From Polymyxa betae A26-41 (Eukaryota > Protista > Endomyxa: Phytomyxea), in NCBI GenBank assembly GCA_003693705.1, contig RBZT01000578.1:124001-188000 (forward strand): a DNA stretch of 64,000 nt. Reading direction: 5' to 3'. A program made the translations under genes and the position numbers. Each line of letters starts with the position of its first letter. The stretch's first letter is position 1. Below the pieces are notes generated by a model. It did no database searches. It saw only the letters and a list, made by a program, of their open reading frames with translations, and was not told the origin of the DNA. This document shows, one piece after another, positions 25,588 to 38,200 of this stretch.

Positions 25588-27607
25588 ATGTATAATAAAT
25601 ACGGTTACAAGTACAGTGAGAGGGATCTGCTGGGGCCTGGGGGGTCACACCCACACCCCAGCTATGATATCTTATGGCAGATGACTTCTTCGTCTCCGCT
25701 CGGTTTCGCCGCCGCCTGGACCAGCGATTCACCGCCGATCGCCTGCGCCTTGTGCTCACAATTGTTCTCGTTGTTTTCTAGGAGGCATTCATGTCGTTCG
25801 TGCGGGTAGTTATGCCAGAAATAGCGGCCATTAGTCATTCAAACCATGTCTAGGTGGGTTATTTGCAGCGCATGCTCCAGATTCAAACGAGTTTTGCCTT
25901 GGGTTGAAGAAAAATCTGCCGTTAGAGTATGTGACAAATGTGAAGCTTCTATCAGCCTAGAAGAAAGAGGTTGAAGACGTGGGAAATAATTCACAGCGCT
26001 CTAATAACAATGTAGGAGTCGATCCCGAATTAATCATTTGCTTTATTTTACATCAATGCTCTCTGGGCACCGAGCTTGCTATGCTCAAGCGCTATTTAGC
26101 AGATTGCATCTCGGTGTATGAGTCGCAAGCAAATGGCAATGTATTCGTTCATTTAGATATCGATTTGGGGAATATTTCCATTCGTATTCTCGAAGTGAAG
26201 AATTTCGAGTTACAACATGAGAAGGTGCCATCTAAGAATGCAAGTCATCTTCCGAGATTGATTGTATTTAGTGGAAAAGAGACCTGCATGGTCTTCGACG
26301 AAATGGAGGCATCTTTCACGTTTTGGAGTGCGTCGCAGATTCAAAGGTCTGGCTAAAACGGGTGTTTGCCATCAGTAATAACGGCGATTTGGCACTGTCG
26401 AATATAGATTCGAAGAACCACAGGTCGGAATGCAATTTGAATGATTCATTCGAAATTGACTGGTTTCAGTGATTTGTCTGCATCGGATCTAGCAGTACGA
26501 TTTATCAGGCCCATTAGCCATGTCAGGTCGCTTTCACTTAAGCGAGTCGTTCTAGGTAGTTCAGTGCTGCATCATATGTTTTTCTGAGACCATCATATAG
26601 CCGAACGAACGAAACTCCTCGATGAAGTGTGGGGACGAGCCGTCTCGATCAAGTGGAGAGACGATCCTGTCAATCCTCGAAAAGATACAGTTCTGGTTTT
26701 ACCAGGAAAATCTGAGATAGACATGGAGAAAACACAAAAAGATCTACTTGAAACCATCCGGCTTCATGTTGACATTTACAGGGAAAGAAAACTATCACGG
26801 GTCAGAACTCAAACTTCAGAATGCTATTTCGCTAATGGGCTTGTCGTTTTAGATCGAAGATATCTCCAGGAAGCGCACTCAAATGGGCATTCCTGTAAAC
26901 TGGCAAGATCCAGTTCATGAATCATTGTTTAAGCGTTTATGGGCGGCTCTCAAGCCTGGCATTGATTTCCCGTTAGATCATCTGCTTTGTTGCGTTTTAC
27001 GTCATTTAGCGGTTTGTATTTCTCAGAGGGAATAAATCGGATCTGTGGAAGGATATCGGGTTTCAGGGGAAGGATCCGCAAACAGATTTCAGAGGAACAG
27101 GATACCTGGTACCCGTGCTTTCCTTGAATGTTCATTGTCATGTCAATAACCATGACACAAAGGGATTGATCTGTGTGGTTTACTGGGCTGAAACTCTAGG
27201 CGATATTGCAAGGGAGATGGTGCACAATGTAAGGCAATATCCAGTATGCACCGCTGCTATAAATCTGGTATCGATGCTTGACGATTTGATCGGTCCACTT
27301 CCCTGTAAGCTGTTTCTAAATGCGTTTGTGGAGATCTCAATTGTATCTAGCCCCCAATAATGAATCTGGGAGTGGTGGAGGCGAGCTGTTCCTCGTCTTG
27401 TGCCATCCAGATACTCCACATCATGACGCATTCGAGCAGATATTCTGCTCTCTGATGATGCGTTTTGATCGTTCGTTTCTTGCTGCGAACGCCTCCTACA
27501 TGGATTTTCCAAGAATACGACAGAGGTTTTTACAAGATGTAAACGCTATGTTGGATAAGCATCCCTTCAGCTATTCAACACTTCATCGGTGGTTAGCCGA
27601 TGTGTAG
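25588..27607 (+). CDS. FYVE + PH-like + ELMO/CED-12 (ELMOD-type Arf GAP) domain protein
   Basis: FYVE: WTSD...CALC...FSLFSRRHSCRSCG-ICSAC...RVCDKC. ELMO: WKDIGFQGKDPQTDFRGTG (27046-27102), YPVCTAAINL, AFEQIFC...ASYMDF. Confidence 0.85.
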
Positions 27608-27793
27608 ATAGCGCATATGCTAGTTTCAATCATCAAATTGAGATGACATATATTCAATTTATCGGATTCTGTATTGTACATTAGGCGTATATAAATTGAC
27701 ACCTGATTCCGTCTTCATACTGATAGGTTAAAACAACACGCTCTAAAGTAGAGATCGCATAGAAAACCCACTTACAAAACCTTGCAGGACTCA

Positions 27794-29497
27794 TTAAGGA
27801 GTCTCAGCTCGTACAGTTTTCTTATCGTTTTCGAATGCCCAATGTTTGATAAGAGATGACAGAAACTGTCTTTCAGCTGATAAGTCGGCCAGCATTCTGC
27901 TTGGGTCATTATCTATGGGGTTTCGCATCAAGCAAGGTGCGAAAACAGTGATCAACGCTTCCCCAGAAACCGGATTCGAGGTAATGCATCGCTTTAGCAG
28001 TAATATAAGCGATTTGAGCATGCGAGCGTTCACCTCAGGTAAGGATTCGATTATCCCTTTCAACTGGTCTTCAACATTTTCGATTTTACCAATTGGGCCA
28101 CGGCCCAGCTCTATACATCTGATATAGAGCTCTGAAGGAATGATAGGATACGGCAGTTCTCGAAGCCAACATTTTAGCTGATACGCATACAGATTCACCA
28201 TTTCAGGTGTCACTTGAGCAGTCCACTGATCAGATAGTAAGTATTCACGAAAGTTATCGAGTTCGGATAGTCTTGGGGTCGTACGAAATGCTCCATCGAG
28301 ACTTATATTTGGATCCAGCTGGCCGATTCCTTCCATTAAACGGTAGAATATAAGAGGAACGTCTAATGTAGGATGAGTACTAAACTGCTGCATAACCATC
28401 TCCGACAATGTTAATTGTGCAGGTTGGTCGCTTTCTTGATCGGATAGAAGGCATAATCGGCGTCGTTCTATCAGGTCCGATAACGTCAAACGCAAATCAT
28501 ATGTAAATTTCGCCGAAGTAGTTGGATTATCTTTCATTAGCTTTGAGGCCTTGAGACTGAGGTACCAGTTATTTAATGACAATATAAGCGTGATGTCAAC
28601 TGTACCATTCAGAGACGAACTTTCTACCGAACTTCGGAGGTGGAGGTAGGTTGACCCGAAATCCTCCAGTATGAGGCACCAAGGCATCCATGATAGTTTC
28701 GCAGGCCTTGTCGACATTCTGTAGACGCCTTTCATACATTTCTTGAAGTGCTGCTAGTATCCCTGGAACTTCCGTGTATCTCCATAGTCTTTGATCCGTT
28801 CGGGCAGCAGATAGTCTAAATTCGTATTCCAAGCAAGCCCGATAGGATCTTTCGATCCGCGTCAGTTTCGAACCCTGACTACTACGTCGGCGCTGTAATA
28901 AAGCTGGAATGCTAGAGCCACCAAGCCGCCCATCCAGTTGTTGAAAAAGCTCCATGCACTTTTTACGCTGCTGGTCGATAATGATTTCGTGCCGCTTAGT
29001 CGTGTCGGCATGAGTTGCCAATGCTGCATCGTACGACACCATCGATGTCTGCAGACTGACCCAATTTGCTGTCAGAGGCAACATTCGCTGTTCAATATTG
29101 GCACTCAGTGACGATGCTTGCGCTACGAACTCTTCCAGTAGATCCAGCATTGCTGAAAAGCTTGCCGGTTCTTCGACCAAGTTATTCTTCCGTTCATTCG
29201 ATAACACTGCAGTTAATGATTGTATCATCGAGTTAATCTATGCTAATGATTAGTAATACATATCTTGCTGAAAGCGCCTTTAACTGATTGTATGGTTGCC
29301 GAAGCGACATTGTGGACCCGGCCCATTAAGTGGTTGCACTGCTTGACTTCAGAAACGGCAATCTCAGGCTGTTCACATAGATAGGCGATCTCACTCCATC
29401 CAGGCAGTCGGTCATCAGAGCGGGGTAACGACTTTCTGTAGGAGATAGATCGTCGACTGGAGATAGAGCCATTTCGTTGATCCGAAGTAAGCGACAT
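27794..29497 (-). CDS. RhoGAP protein with N-terminal coiled-coil/F-BAR-like region
   Basis: VPLIF...DGAFR (Arg finger)...LKCWLRELPYPIIP...LPEVNARMLKSL...LITVFAPCLMR. Confidence 0.85.
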
Positions 29498-29572
29498 TTC
29501 TTATTGATGACAAACGTCATATGAAATGAATGTAACAAGGCACATTCGAGATTCTTCCAGACAATCATCTGA

Positions 29573-30412
29573 TTACGTTGTGAGTCGAGCAGTGACGAAT
29601 CGTGAGCGACCAGAAAAGTCTTTCTTAAAATCAATATCATTCAACCCAACTTCTGACATCCAGTAGCGAATTGAAGCAACCTGATACTCTTGTCCGAACT
29701 CTAATACAATGGATGGTCTTGCGTCTTCAGGCAGGCGAGGTGATACGTGAGTCCGGCATCGTAATATTATTTCACGAATTATATCAAGGCCGAGATGGCC
29801 TGAACATAGAGCTCGAGGCGACTCATACCTGCTGACATCCGGCTCTAATTGATGCCATTCATGTTCCGCTATATATGGCGGATTTGAGATCAATAAATCG
29901 ACCTTCTCAGCATTCAATGCTTTTAAATGAGATTGAAGATTGCTGTCGAAAAATGAAAGCTTGTGAAAGGATACATTTGATATCCGATGTAGTCGTTGGT
30001 TTTCAGAAGAAGTTCGAATAGCAGTGTCATCAATATCAATTCCTATTATTTGATAGTAAGGAAGATACTTGGCCAAACTCAAGCTGATACATCCAGTTCC
30101 GCATCCAATTTCTAGAACGGTCTGCGATTCTTCATTTTTGTACTCTAAAACACCAGCAAGCCACGAACACCATTGCTCCGTTTCAGGACGGGGAATTAGC
30201 ACCGGTTCCGAACATCTGATGTCGAGATCCAGAAACGGCTGCGTTCCCAGGACTAGCTGCAATGGCTTCCCTGCAGCGCGTTCTCGGATCAACAGCCGAG
30301 CGTTGGTTTTTGTCTCTCTTGCATGCTTAAGAATCCAGTCTAGCTCCCTTTCAGGAATGGCAGACACCGGCTTGAGTCTATCGATTAAGCTTCTGACACG
30401 CCTCAACATCAC
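29573..30412 (-). CDS. HEMK1: HemK/PrmC release-factor glutamine N5-methyltransferase (likely mitochondrial)
   Basis: RAAGKPLQLVLG, VLIPRPETE, LEIGCGTGCI, ISNPPYI, KKDFSGRSRFV. Confidence 0.93.
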   Translation of the reverse strand: MMLRRVRSLIDRLKPVSAIPERELDWILKHARETKTNARLLIRERAAGKPLQLVLGTQPFLDLDIRCSEPVLIPRPETEQWCSWLAGVLEYKNEESQTVLEIGCGTGCISLSLAKYLPYYQIIGIDIDDTAIRTSSENQRLHRISNVSFHKLSFFDSNLQSHLKALNAEKVDLLISNPPYIAEHEWHQLEPDVSRYESPRALCSGHLGLDIIREIILRCRTHVSPRLPEDARPSIVLEFGQEYQVASIRYWMSEVGLNDIDFKKDFSGRSRFVTARLTT

Positions 30413-30711
30413 AAGTCAGAGCCAAGAGGGGAACTGGGTCATTTCAGCAGTGCAGACTGCAACTCTGTAAAAAACACGCACATTTGCCACATTTTGAATT
30501 TTATACGAGGAAACCCTCGCACTTTTTTGAGAGTTGTCACTGTTGTGTTTCGTCCAAACATGTCCGCACTTTTTCAAATCGCACATAGCAGCAATACCAT
30601 CCCTATTGCATCTTATTCCTGTTGGGAATCGGGACGTGGACGACTAAAGACGCTGGAGAAAGTACTATACAGCATGGCGAGATTTTCATCTTTTATTGGT
30701 ATATAAAGTGG

Positions 30712-31140
30712 TTATTGCTCTGGGATTGGACCGCCGAAACAAATGCCATACAAAACGACATCATTGCATGGTTTCGTTTGGATGACGACTACGTTGCCGG
30801 CGATACCAGCAGCTGGGCACGATGTTGCATTTGAAAGCAGTTTGGGATCGTTGATCCATATGTTAACAGCGCTTTGGATTTGAGGATATGTCGAACGTAT
30901 GGCTTGAGTGAAATTCTTCCCGGTGGCCAGCTGAGCCAATGTCGGCCCGTTAATCAGTGTCGATCCAGTTTTAGCACATTCTTGCGAAACGGTTAACCAG
31001 TTGCCCTGAGATACGGTGACCCAAGCTTCGGCTTCCAATGCTAACTTCAGGCTGGGATTATGAACAACCCTGCTCAGGACACAGTTCGTTAGAATCACCA
31101 TCACTTGAATCAGAACGAAGAATTGGCTCATGAATGGCAT
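30712..31140 (-). CDS. Small secreted Cys-containing protein with C-type-lectin-like pattern (candidate effector)
   Basis: Hydrophobic signal peptide (FFVLIQVMVILTNCVLS); W-x5-C-x3-G-x2-L, IWIN, C...PC...GIC pattern; single exon, 142 aa. Confidence 0.65.
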   Translation of the reverse strand: MPFMSQFFVLIQVMVILTNCVLSRVVHNPSLKLALEAEAWVTVSQGNWLTVSQECAKTGSTLINGPTLAQLATGKNFTQAIRSTYPQIQSAVNIWINDPKLLSNATSCPAAGIAGNVVVIQTKPCNDVVLYGICFGGPIPEQ

Positions 31141-31521
31141 TGGCAGATTGAAATTTGAACAGTGATGGATAACACAAATTCCGTTTTAGGGAGAGCGAAG
31201 TGACTCAAGCTAGGTAATCTTCCGATGGACAAATCGTCAAGTTTGATCGGTCACAAGTACGATAGTATCTGGCATGGTTTCTAAACCATACATTCCATAA
31301 CAAGGGTTGCTTCTGCATATCGAATTTCGTAAACTCACTGCTCGAACAAAGACTTAATGAATTCGAGAATGTTAACCGTCTGTATGAGCGCTGTTGCTGA
31401 TCCTTGAACGTACTGTAAACTACTGTTATAGATTAAAAAATAGCCGAAACCCATTTTCAGTTTTATCAGTCAAACTGAGACTGGGCACTAATATCATTGT
31501 TAAACGTTTATACCTGATGGA

Positions 31522-32386
31522 TTACATAGCAGTATCATCTGGATTAACAAAACGACGGAACGTCCATTCAGTATCGAGTGAGAATGGCTCTGATATTTCT
31601 ACTCCGGCTGCAGTGGCTGTGGCGACCTGGAATTTGTTCAAGCTGCGGCAATCGCGATACAGCAGAACTCGGTGAGCTTCTTCCAACAGCTTTCGAGCCT
31701 CTTCTTTGGATAGGTTCTCCCGCCAGCCTTTTCGCAGAAGGGGAATTCCCAGATGAGTACCGAATCCAGTAGCAGCGACCTTGTCCTTGTACGAAGTTCC
31801 ATAGAGGTCGATATAGCCAAGGAGGCTACATAAGTGTTACCAGTGTAATCGGTTCATAAACAATCACATACCCTTTGCCGTTTTCGAAGCCTCCAATCAG
31901 AACCTGGTTCCAAAGGGGGTTTACCTTCGTTCGCCGCTGATACATAACATGCTTCAAGTAGTTGAAGATTTCTGAAGAGGTCAAGACATTGCCGTCGTCT
32001 TTAGCCCAATCCCTATACCAATTTAGCAAGTATTCTAGCAATGTTCAATTTTCAACTTGATTGTAAGGGTTTTAAGAACATCCATAATGGTTTGGAAGTC
32101 GCTGTATTCACCACCGGCTCCAATCAACGTGGTCGGATTGACTTCACGAATTCGTCGAAGATCGCGAAATCGGGCCATGGATCCATAAGATCCCAACGTA
32201 TCAGCCATAATCATTACGCCATCAGCATACACGACACCAAGAACCGAGGCACCCGTAACAATCGGGCTTCTGTTCGACGACACTATCATCAGCACCAAGT
32301 CCAGGAAGAACAAATATCAATTCTAACTGAGTATGGGTTCGCGGCGTCGGTTCGTAAGACGCTCGGATGTCGTTCGTGACAGCCAT
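31522..32386 (-). CDS. PSMB4: 20S proteasome subunit beta 7 (PSMB4/Pre4)
   Basis: SPIVTGASVLG...ADTLGSYGSMARF...GAGGEYSDFQ...MYQRRTKVNPLWN. Confidence 0.95.
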
Positions 32387-32807
32387 GACTCCAACGACGA
32401 TTCAGAACAAGTAGAATGATATGCAAGTTTGATAGTAAAGGACAGTGAGTGAGACCCCCCTACAGCAGATAGAGAGACGAACAGAGATAGACAAGGTGCG
32501 ACTTACCACTCTCTCCGTATTCAACTTAGCAAAATTTTTCATATTTTTTTACATTTTGTAAATGAAACGTCTACAAAATCTATTTTGCTGCTACAAAAGA
32601 AACACACGATTGGGATTTCGGTGATAAGCGTAACAGAGGGAAATTTAAGCTTCAATTTGAGTTTCAGAATAATGATTCCCCAATTACCAACAATGCAATA
32701 TAGCCATTTTTATGAATAAAATAGACTTGAGGTGAAAAGTAGTTTAACAGAATACCTATTGCAATAGAAGATCTTTACAGACGGCATTTTCATTCAGTTA
32801 ACGAACG

Positions 32808-34733
32808 ATGGAGACACCGGAGGAGTATCTTCGTCAGCGAACCGCTTCGTCATCGTCTTCTGCCTCACAGATCGCGGTCTTCGTTGTCAGCTTCCTCGTG
32901 GTCTGCATCGGTCTGTACGTAGCCAGGACGCCGGGGACGGACGACCAAGCAACGCTCATCAGCAGTAGCGATGTCGAGCCAATAGAAATCTCCGACGACG
33001 ATCTAATCCGATCGATGGAGACCCTGGTGAAGTCGGGCGACCCGAAAATAACCTCAGGGCTCAAAGCAATCGCTGAGTTCAGCGAAGCCTCGGAATCAAA
33101 ATCAAAAGATCTCCTGGAAATGTCGTCCAATCTAGAAAGCTTCAAAACAACAGTCGATTCTTATTCAAAGTCGTTATTAGCTGTGCAGAATGCGCAGGCT
33201 TCTTTAAAGAGCGTTCAAACACAAGCAAGCGCCATCGAGAAGACGTATTCTGAGAAGAAAGCCGAACTTGATAAAGCGGCACCACAACTATTGTCAGATC
33301 TTTCTGAGCTCAAGCAGAAGGAAGGGACGTTGAATGCTGCCATTGCCGAACTGTCCGATGCTGAGCGATCCCAATCGGAGCTCTCTAGCGAACTAAAACG
33401 CAGCCAGACCCGCATTACTGAACTCGAGAAATCGGCCGAGTCGTCGTACAATTCCTGGAGAAACCACGTTGAACAAACGCTGAAACCTTTAAAAGAGACC
33501 ATGGAATACAGCGAAGATCTCCTGTCAAGACGCCTTCAGGATGCGAAATCGTCATCCGGGAAGGTCTCCGTCCTTCGCCGCGAGTTGCAGACTCATTCCG
33601 TTTTCTTGACGGAATCGGCAACCAAGATGTGAAGTTTTATGCCCATATTTATTGACAGTATTTGAACATTTACATTGCAGTGCCGGATTGAGCCATCGGA
33701 AAACGATCTTGGAGTCGCGCCTGAAGAGTATTGAGCAGCTAGGTCACGACCTGAATCGAAAGTTCGGTACCAATACGGATTCATCGTTGGAGAGCGCTAT
33801 CAACAGGCAGCAGCTTCGCGTGGCCACCGTTAAAAGCGAATACAGTTCGCTACCGGACGAACTGCCAGCGAAAACGATAGAAACCCTTTCTGTATTGATT
33901 CATCATGTTTGAAAAATCGGCTCCTTTTAACATCTCAATTAAGGAACAGGATTCAACAAACCTGCCTGGATACAAAAAGAAACTGATGCAGATTGCTGTT
34001 GACGAAGCCGAACGTAAGCTGGTCTGGTTGCAGGAACTGCAATCGATCTCAAGAAAGCAAGGACGTGAAGATTCTGGCGGCGATGACGTTAAAGAAGAAC
34101 TCAGGTAGAAGCTTGTTTTTTTGTCCATCACAAAACGGTTTCTTATTATGTAGGTCGTTCATTGATTTGAAGAAGTCGGAGATCGCTAAAGAGCTTAGCT
34201 CGACAGAGAACGAAATCGATTCCGAACGAAGATGGCAGGAACGAATCGTGTCCGAACTGAACCAGAAGAACGAGCAGCTCAAAGTTTTGGAACACGACCT
34301 GTCCTCGGATGCGATCAGCAGCCTTCGTACACAGACGGAACGCGCGAAAGCCGCTCATCAGGACGCTGTGACTCAATCTAAAGCCCTGGAAAGAATATAT
34401 ATGGAAGCCTCGAGAAAGTATCAGGACGCCCAGAGCGAATCATCGTCGGTCCACGAGAGGCTGATGTCGCAAAAGGAGAGAGTCCGGCAGCTGAACGAAT
34501 CGAACGGCAACCTGATTCGGACCGTTGACCTCCTGCGAAAACGAGTGAGCACCTCGGTCCGTGCCAACCGGTCGCTGATGGAGGAAATCTGGCGGGCCCG
34601 AGCCCGGGTCGACCAGCTCCAGATCACCTTCGACTCCTTGAAGACACAATACGCCGACGCCGATCGGCAGATGCAATCGGACGAGGCGCGCGTCCGGACT
34701 CACCTTACAAGAATGTGCAAGATCCTTGAATAA
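32808..34733 (+). CDS. Single-pass membrane protein with long coiled coil, multi-exon
   Basis: N-terminal TM (IAVFVVSFLVVCIGLYV) followed by heptad-rich ORFs joined by short introns. Confidence 0.7.
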
Positions 34734-34756
34734 ACCGGCTCATTCTTGGTATCATC

Positions 34757-35585
34757 ATGGTCGTACCGGCCGATATGGACCTGCTCTCGAGAGTTTCGTC
34801 TACCGAATTGTTGCTGCTAGATGGGTTTGCCGACATGGCTGGGTGATGCGAGTCAAACGACATCAAACAACCTCCGTTCTAGATTGGATTTCGTAGATGA
34901 GATCGGGATTCCCCTTTCATTGCCTAAAGATGTTGGAAATCGCAACTTTAGATCCCGATTGTAGGCCTCTATTGCAGTAGATTCAATATCAACGTATTCT
35001 GATCTATTTGCAGGTTTAAACGGTCCCGATTGCTGTGATGATCCGTGCTGCGGCGCCGTTCGCCGAATTTATCGCTTTCCTCAATTCCATGGGATTGCTA
35101 ATGCCATTATTCAGAAAAACGAAGCGGTCCTGGTTGAAAACACTCGCCAGGCTGCCGATTCTGCCAATTCGCCGCCCACTACACCGATAAGGAATGGCCG
35201 CCCGCAACATCAGGAGCAAAGCTCTGGCGGGACAGTTCGAAGACGTTGCCGAGTAGGTCCTCCAAGATAACAAATCACTTCTTAACTGAGCTATCATGCT
35301 GTACAGCTTCCACGTGATCTCAAAGAACAATTACAGCAATGGTTCGAGACCCATATTAGTCATCCATATCCAACTGACGAACAGAAGGTTGAAATGAATG
35401 ATGAACTTAGTTTACGATCTGATCGATGATAGGACGGTTGGGTTATAGCAGCAGACGATCCAATAGTTAACAAGAAACGCATCTCTGAATGTAAATTGCT
35501 GAAAGTCGATTCGTTGCATGACTTAGTCAGATTAGGGTTTTTTAACGCCAGGAAACGACTGAAAGCGTCGCAGGCCAGATCCTGA
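34757..35585 (+). CDS. TALE-class homeodomain transcription factor (missed by ORF track; start uncertain)
   Basis: Spliced translation LPRDLKEQLQQWFETHISHPYPTDEQK|DGWVIAADDPIVNKKRISE|WFFNARKRLK; PYP loop; stop 35583-35585. Confidence 0.85.
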
Positions 35586-36179
35586 TAGCTGTCATTAAGA
35601 CCGAGCTTGTCTGAGAAAGCACACAGCTATCAGCATTCATTAATAATACGAACAAGCGCCGCGGCCTTCAGACATCTCCTGCCTGTTCTCAATAGTTTGT
35701 AATTTATTTAGGGTCAGGGTTAGGTTCTTGTAGTTTATTGGTTTCTTGTTGATCAAGATGGAGCCCAGGAGTGAACTCAATGGGTCGTGCTTGGATTGTT
35801 TGCAGATCCTTCTTCCATTCGTAATATGTACACTCTGGTGATACTGGAACGATTGGCGAGCTAACTAACGGATTCAGTGCCGTCAGAGCCGAGCTGAACG
35901 AGGAATTCTGCACTTGCATCCATATTACAGAACCGAGCAATATTTGGTAGAAACATTTTTATTAGATATGAAAGCGTTCAAAGTTTCGAACCCTATTTTC
36001 AGTGCCACCAAAATTCTGCATCCAACTCCAAACTTTAAATGCAAAGACCGATCAGGTTCTGATACAGTTTACGGAAAGGTTTATTTGAAGTGCCATTTTG
36101 AAATCCGACACCGTTGCAGAACACGATTAGCAATCATCCCGGACGCAGTCTTCTGGGGCGTCCATCGTCTGGTGGACAA

Positions 36180-37253
36180 ATGGCGACCGGCCCACCTCTG
36201 ATGGTGATGGTGACCGGGGCACGATCTGGGATTGGGAAGAGCACGGTGTCGATGTCCATTCTGATGGCGTTGATGAAGACTGGAATCTACACACCCAATG
36301 ATCTAGCTTATATTAAGCCAGCAACACAATGTGAGAGTGACAATCTCATCTCGAAATGGTCAGTGACCATTATCAACAGAGGCTGTGTTTGTAGAAAATT
36401 TCGACGATTTGCTAGGGTTTAAGGTTTTACGATGGTTGATTGCCCATATAGGTGCCAGGCTAACGAGATCGCCTATTGCAGTATTGGTCCTGTTGTATAC
36501 CGGGCTGGATTCTCCTATGACGTCATCGAGGGCAAAATTGCGACTGACGCCCTGCTCGAATCAATTCGCGATTCTGTCACGAGATTATCTGCAGGCAAAC
36601 GATTCATCTTGATCGATGGCGTCGGCTATCCATCGGTCGGCTCATGCACGGGGACGTCCAATGCCGAAATCGCCAAACTGTTCGACGTTCCTGTCATCTT
36701 CGTGGTATGATCGATGATACGACGGTTCGGAGGCGGCGTGCTGGCCCCCCGGCGGCCGATCGTCGTTCCCGCGCTCCAAAATCGACGCTTATCTGGATGG
36801 TTCAGGCGCCGCCTGGGGTTGGCGACCCGATCGACAGTATCAATCTGGCGTTGCCGTTCTTCAACCAGTACGACGTCCGCGTGATTGGCGCCGTTGTTAA
36901 TAGGATCAGTACGTCGTTGACGGCGCGTCATTCGCTCGACAATTGTGACAAATATGTAACCGATGAGGTCGTTGCCCTGAATGGCGTCGTCTAATGCGAG
37001 CTGTGTGACCCAGGTGAGAATGTATTTCAGGGAGCGTCGTCCCGATCTGCATCTGTTCGGGTTCCTGCCCGAAATGACGTCGGAGATCGAAGCGGCTCCG
37101 ACGACCACCACGCATCCTGAAGACGGCGACGAACTGAACCGCCACGATCGCCGGGAAATCCGATCTATTCAACAGGAACTTGTTGGTCGTATTGATATTC
37201 GGTCGATTTTGGATGACGTTCGATCGTTCAAGTTTGGATCCAAATCAGTCTAG
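36180..37253 (+). CDS. Stand-alone BioD-like P-loop NTPase (AAA_26; like the phosphotransacetylase N-terminal domain), 3 introns
   Basis: VTGARSGIGKSTVS, YIKP, ILIDGVGYPSVGS...SNAEIAKLFDVPVIFV-APPGVGDPIDS...IGAVVNR. Confidence 0.82.
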
Positions 37254-37629
37254 ACTTCAGTTAATCACAATAATCATCACTTTCGATGTGATCGTGCACT
37301 GTTTTGTCATCGTTGTTTTAACTGACATCAATCCAATATTAGTTTTGTATTGATTCCCTCGACCGCATAACTTCCGTCTGCTTTCTGAGGCGTTTGCAGC
37401 ACTTAATGTACAGAATCAACTTCCTATCAGTATATCATTTGCTCGTGAAACCAGTAGCAATCATCTCTACTTTTATCCAGGGTGCCACTCACTCAAAACG
37501 TTTTCTTCAATAGAGCGGGAGACATCAACAGCTGCGTCGAAATTCCTGTCTGATTGTTCAGGCAGGTGTTGGGCTATAGTGAATCAATCTATCATATATC
37601 CGCTTGGGTTTTCCAGTCATGTCACTGAT

Positions 37630-38200
37630 GAAGAAGATCGACACCCTGATTCGCGATGTCGTAGCCGGCATCACGTTTTCTGATTAACGACGCCAGCACG
37701 CTTTCCGGCGGTTCATGTATGAGGACGTCTAATGCCGATATCGCGAAACTTTGAAGCATTCATCAACGGCGCCGTGCGAATCTCGTTGCCTTTTCAATTC
37801 AACTCGCTTGTTTGATTGATTGGCGCCGTCTGGATTGGTGCCCCCTATCGATAGTATCCAGATGGCGTTGCCGTTCTTTGAGAAGCACAAAGGCACCCTT
37901 GATTGGGGTTATTATTGATCGGATCGATAAAGTTCAGATGGGCATCACTCCCTGTACAAGAAATATTATGGCTCTTATGCAGAATTTGACCCTGTTGCCA
38001 ATGTATGTTATAACGCACGTTCCTGATCTGCATTGGTCTCTGGGGTTCCTGCCGGTGAAGAATCAACCGTTTAGGGCGGCTGAGAACATTAGTTTGTTTG
38101 CATGACGATCTTAATCTAGGACATAATAGATTGGCTTCAAAAGGATTTTGTTGGTCGTATCAATACTAAGGCACTTCTGGATGATATCGAGCGCTCAAGA
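37630..38200 (+). pseudogene. Decayed paralogue of the BioD-like gene (3' two-thirds)
   Basis: Collinear similarity to 36590-37225 (e.g. GGACGTCTAATGCCGATATCGCGAAACT vs GGACGTCCAATGCCGAAATCGCCAAACT; TTGTTGGTCGTAT), with stops and frameshifts. Confidence 0.85.
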
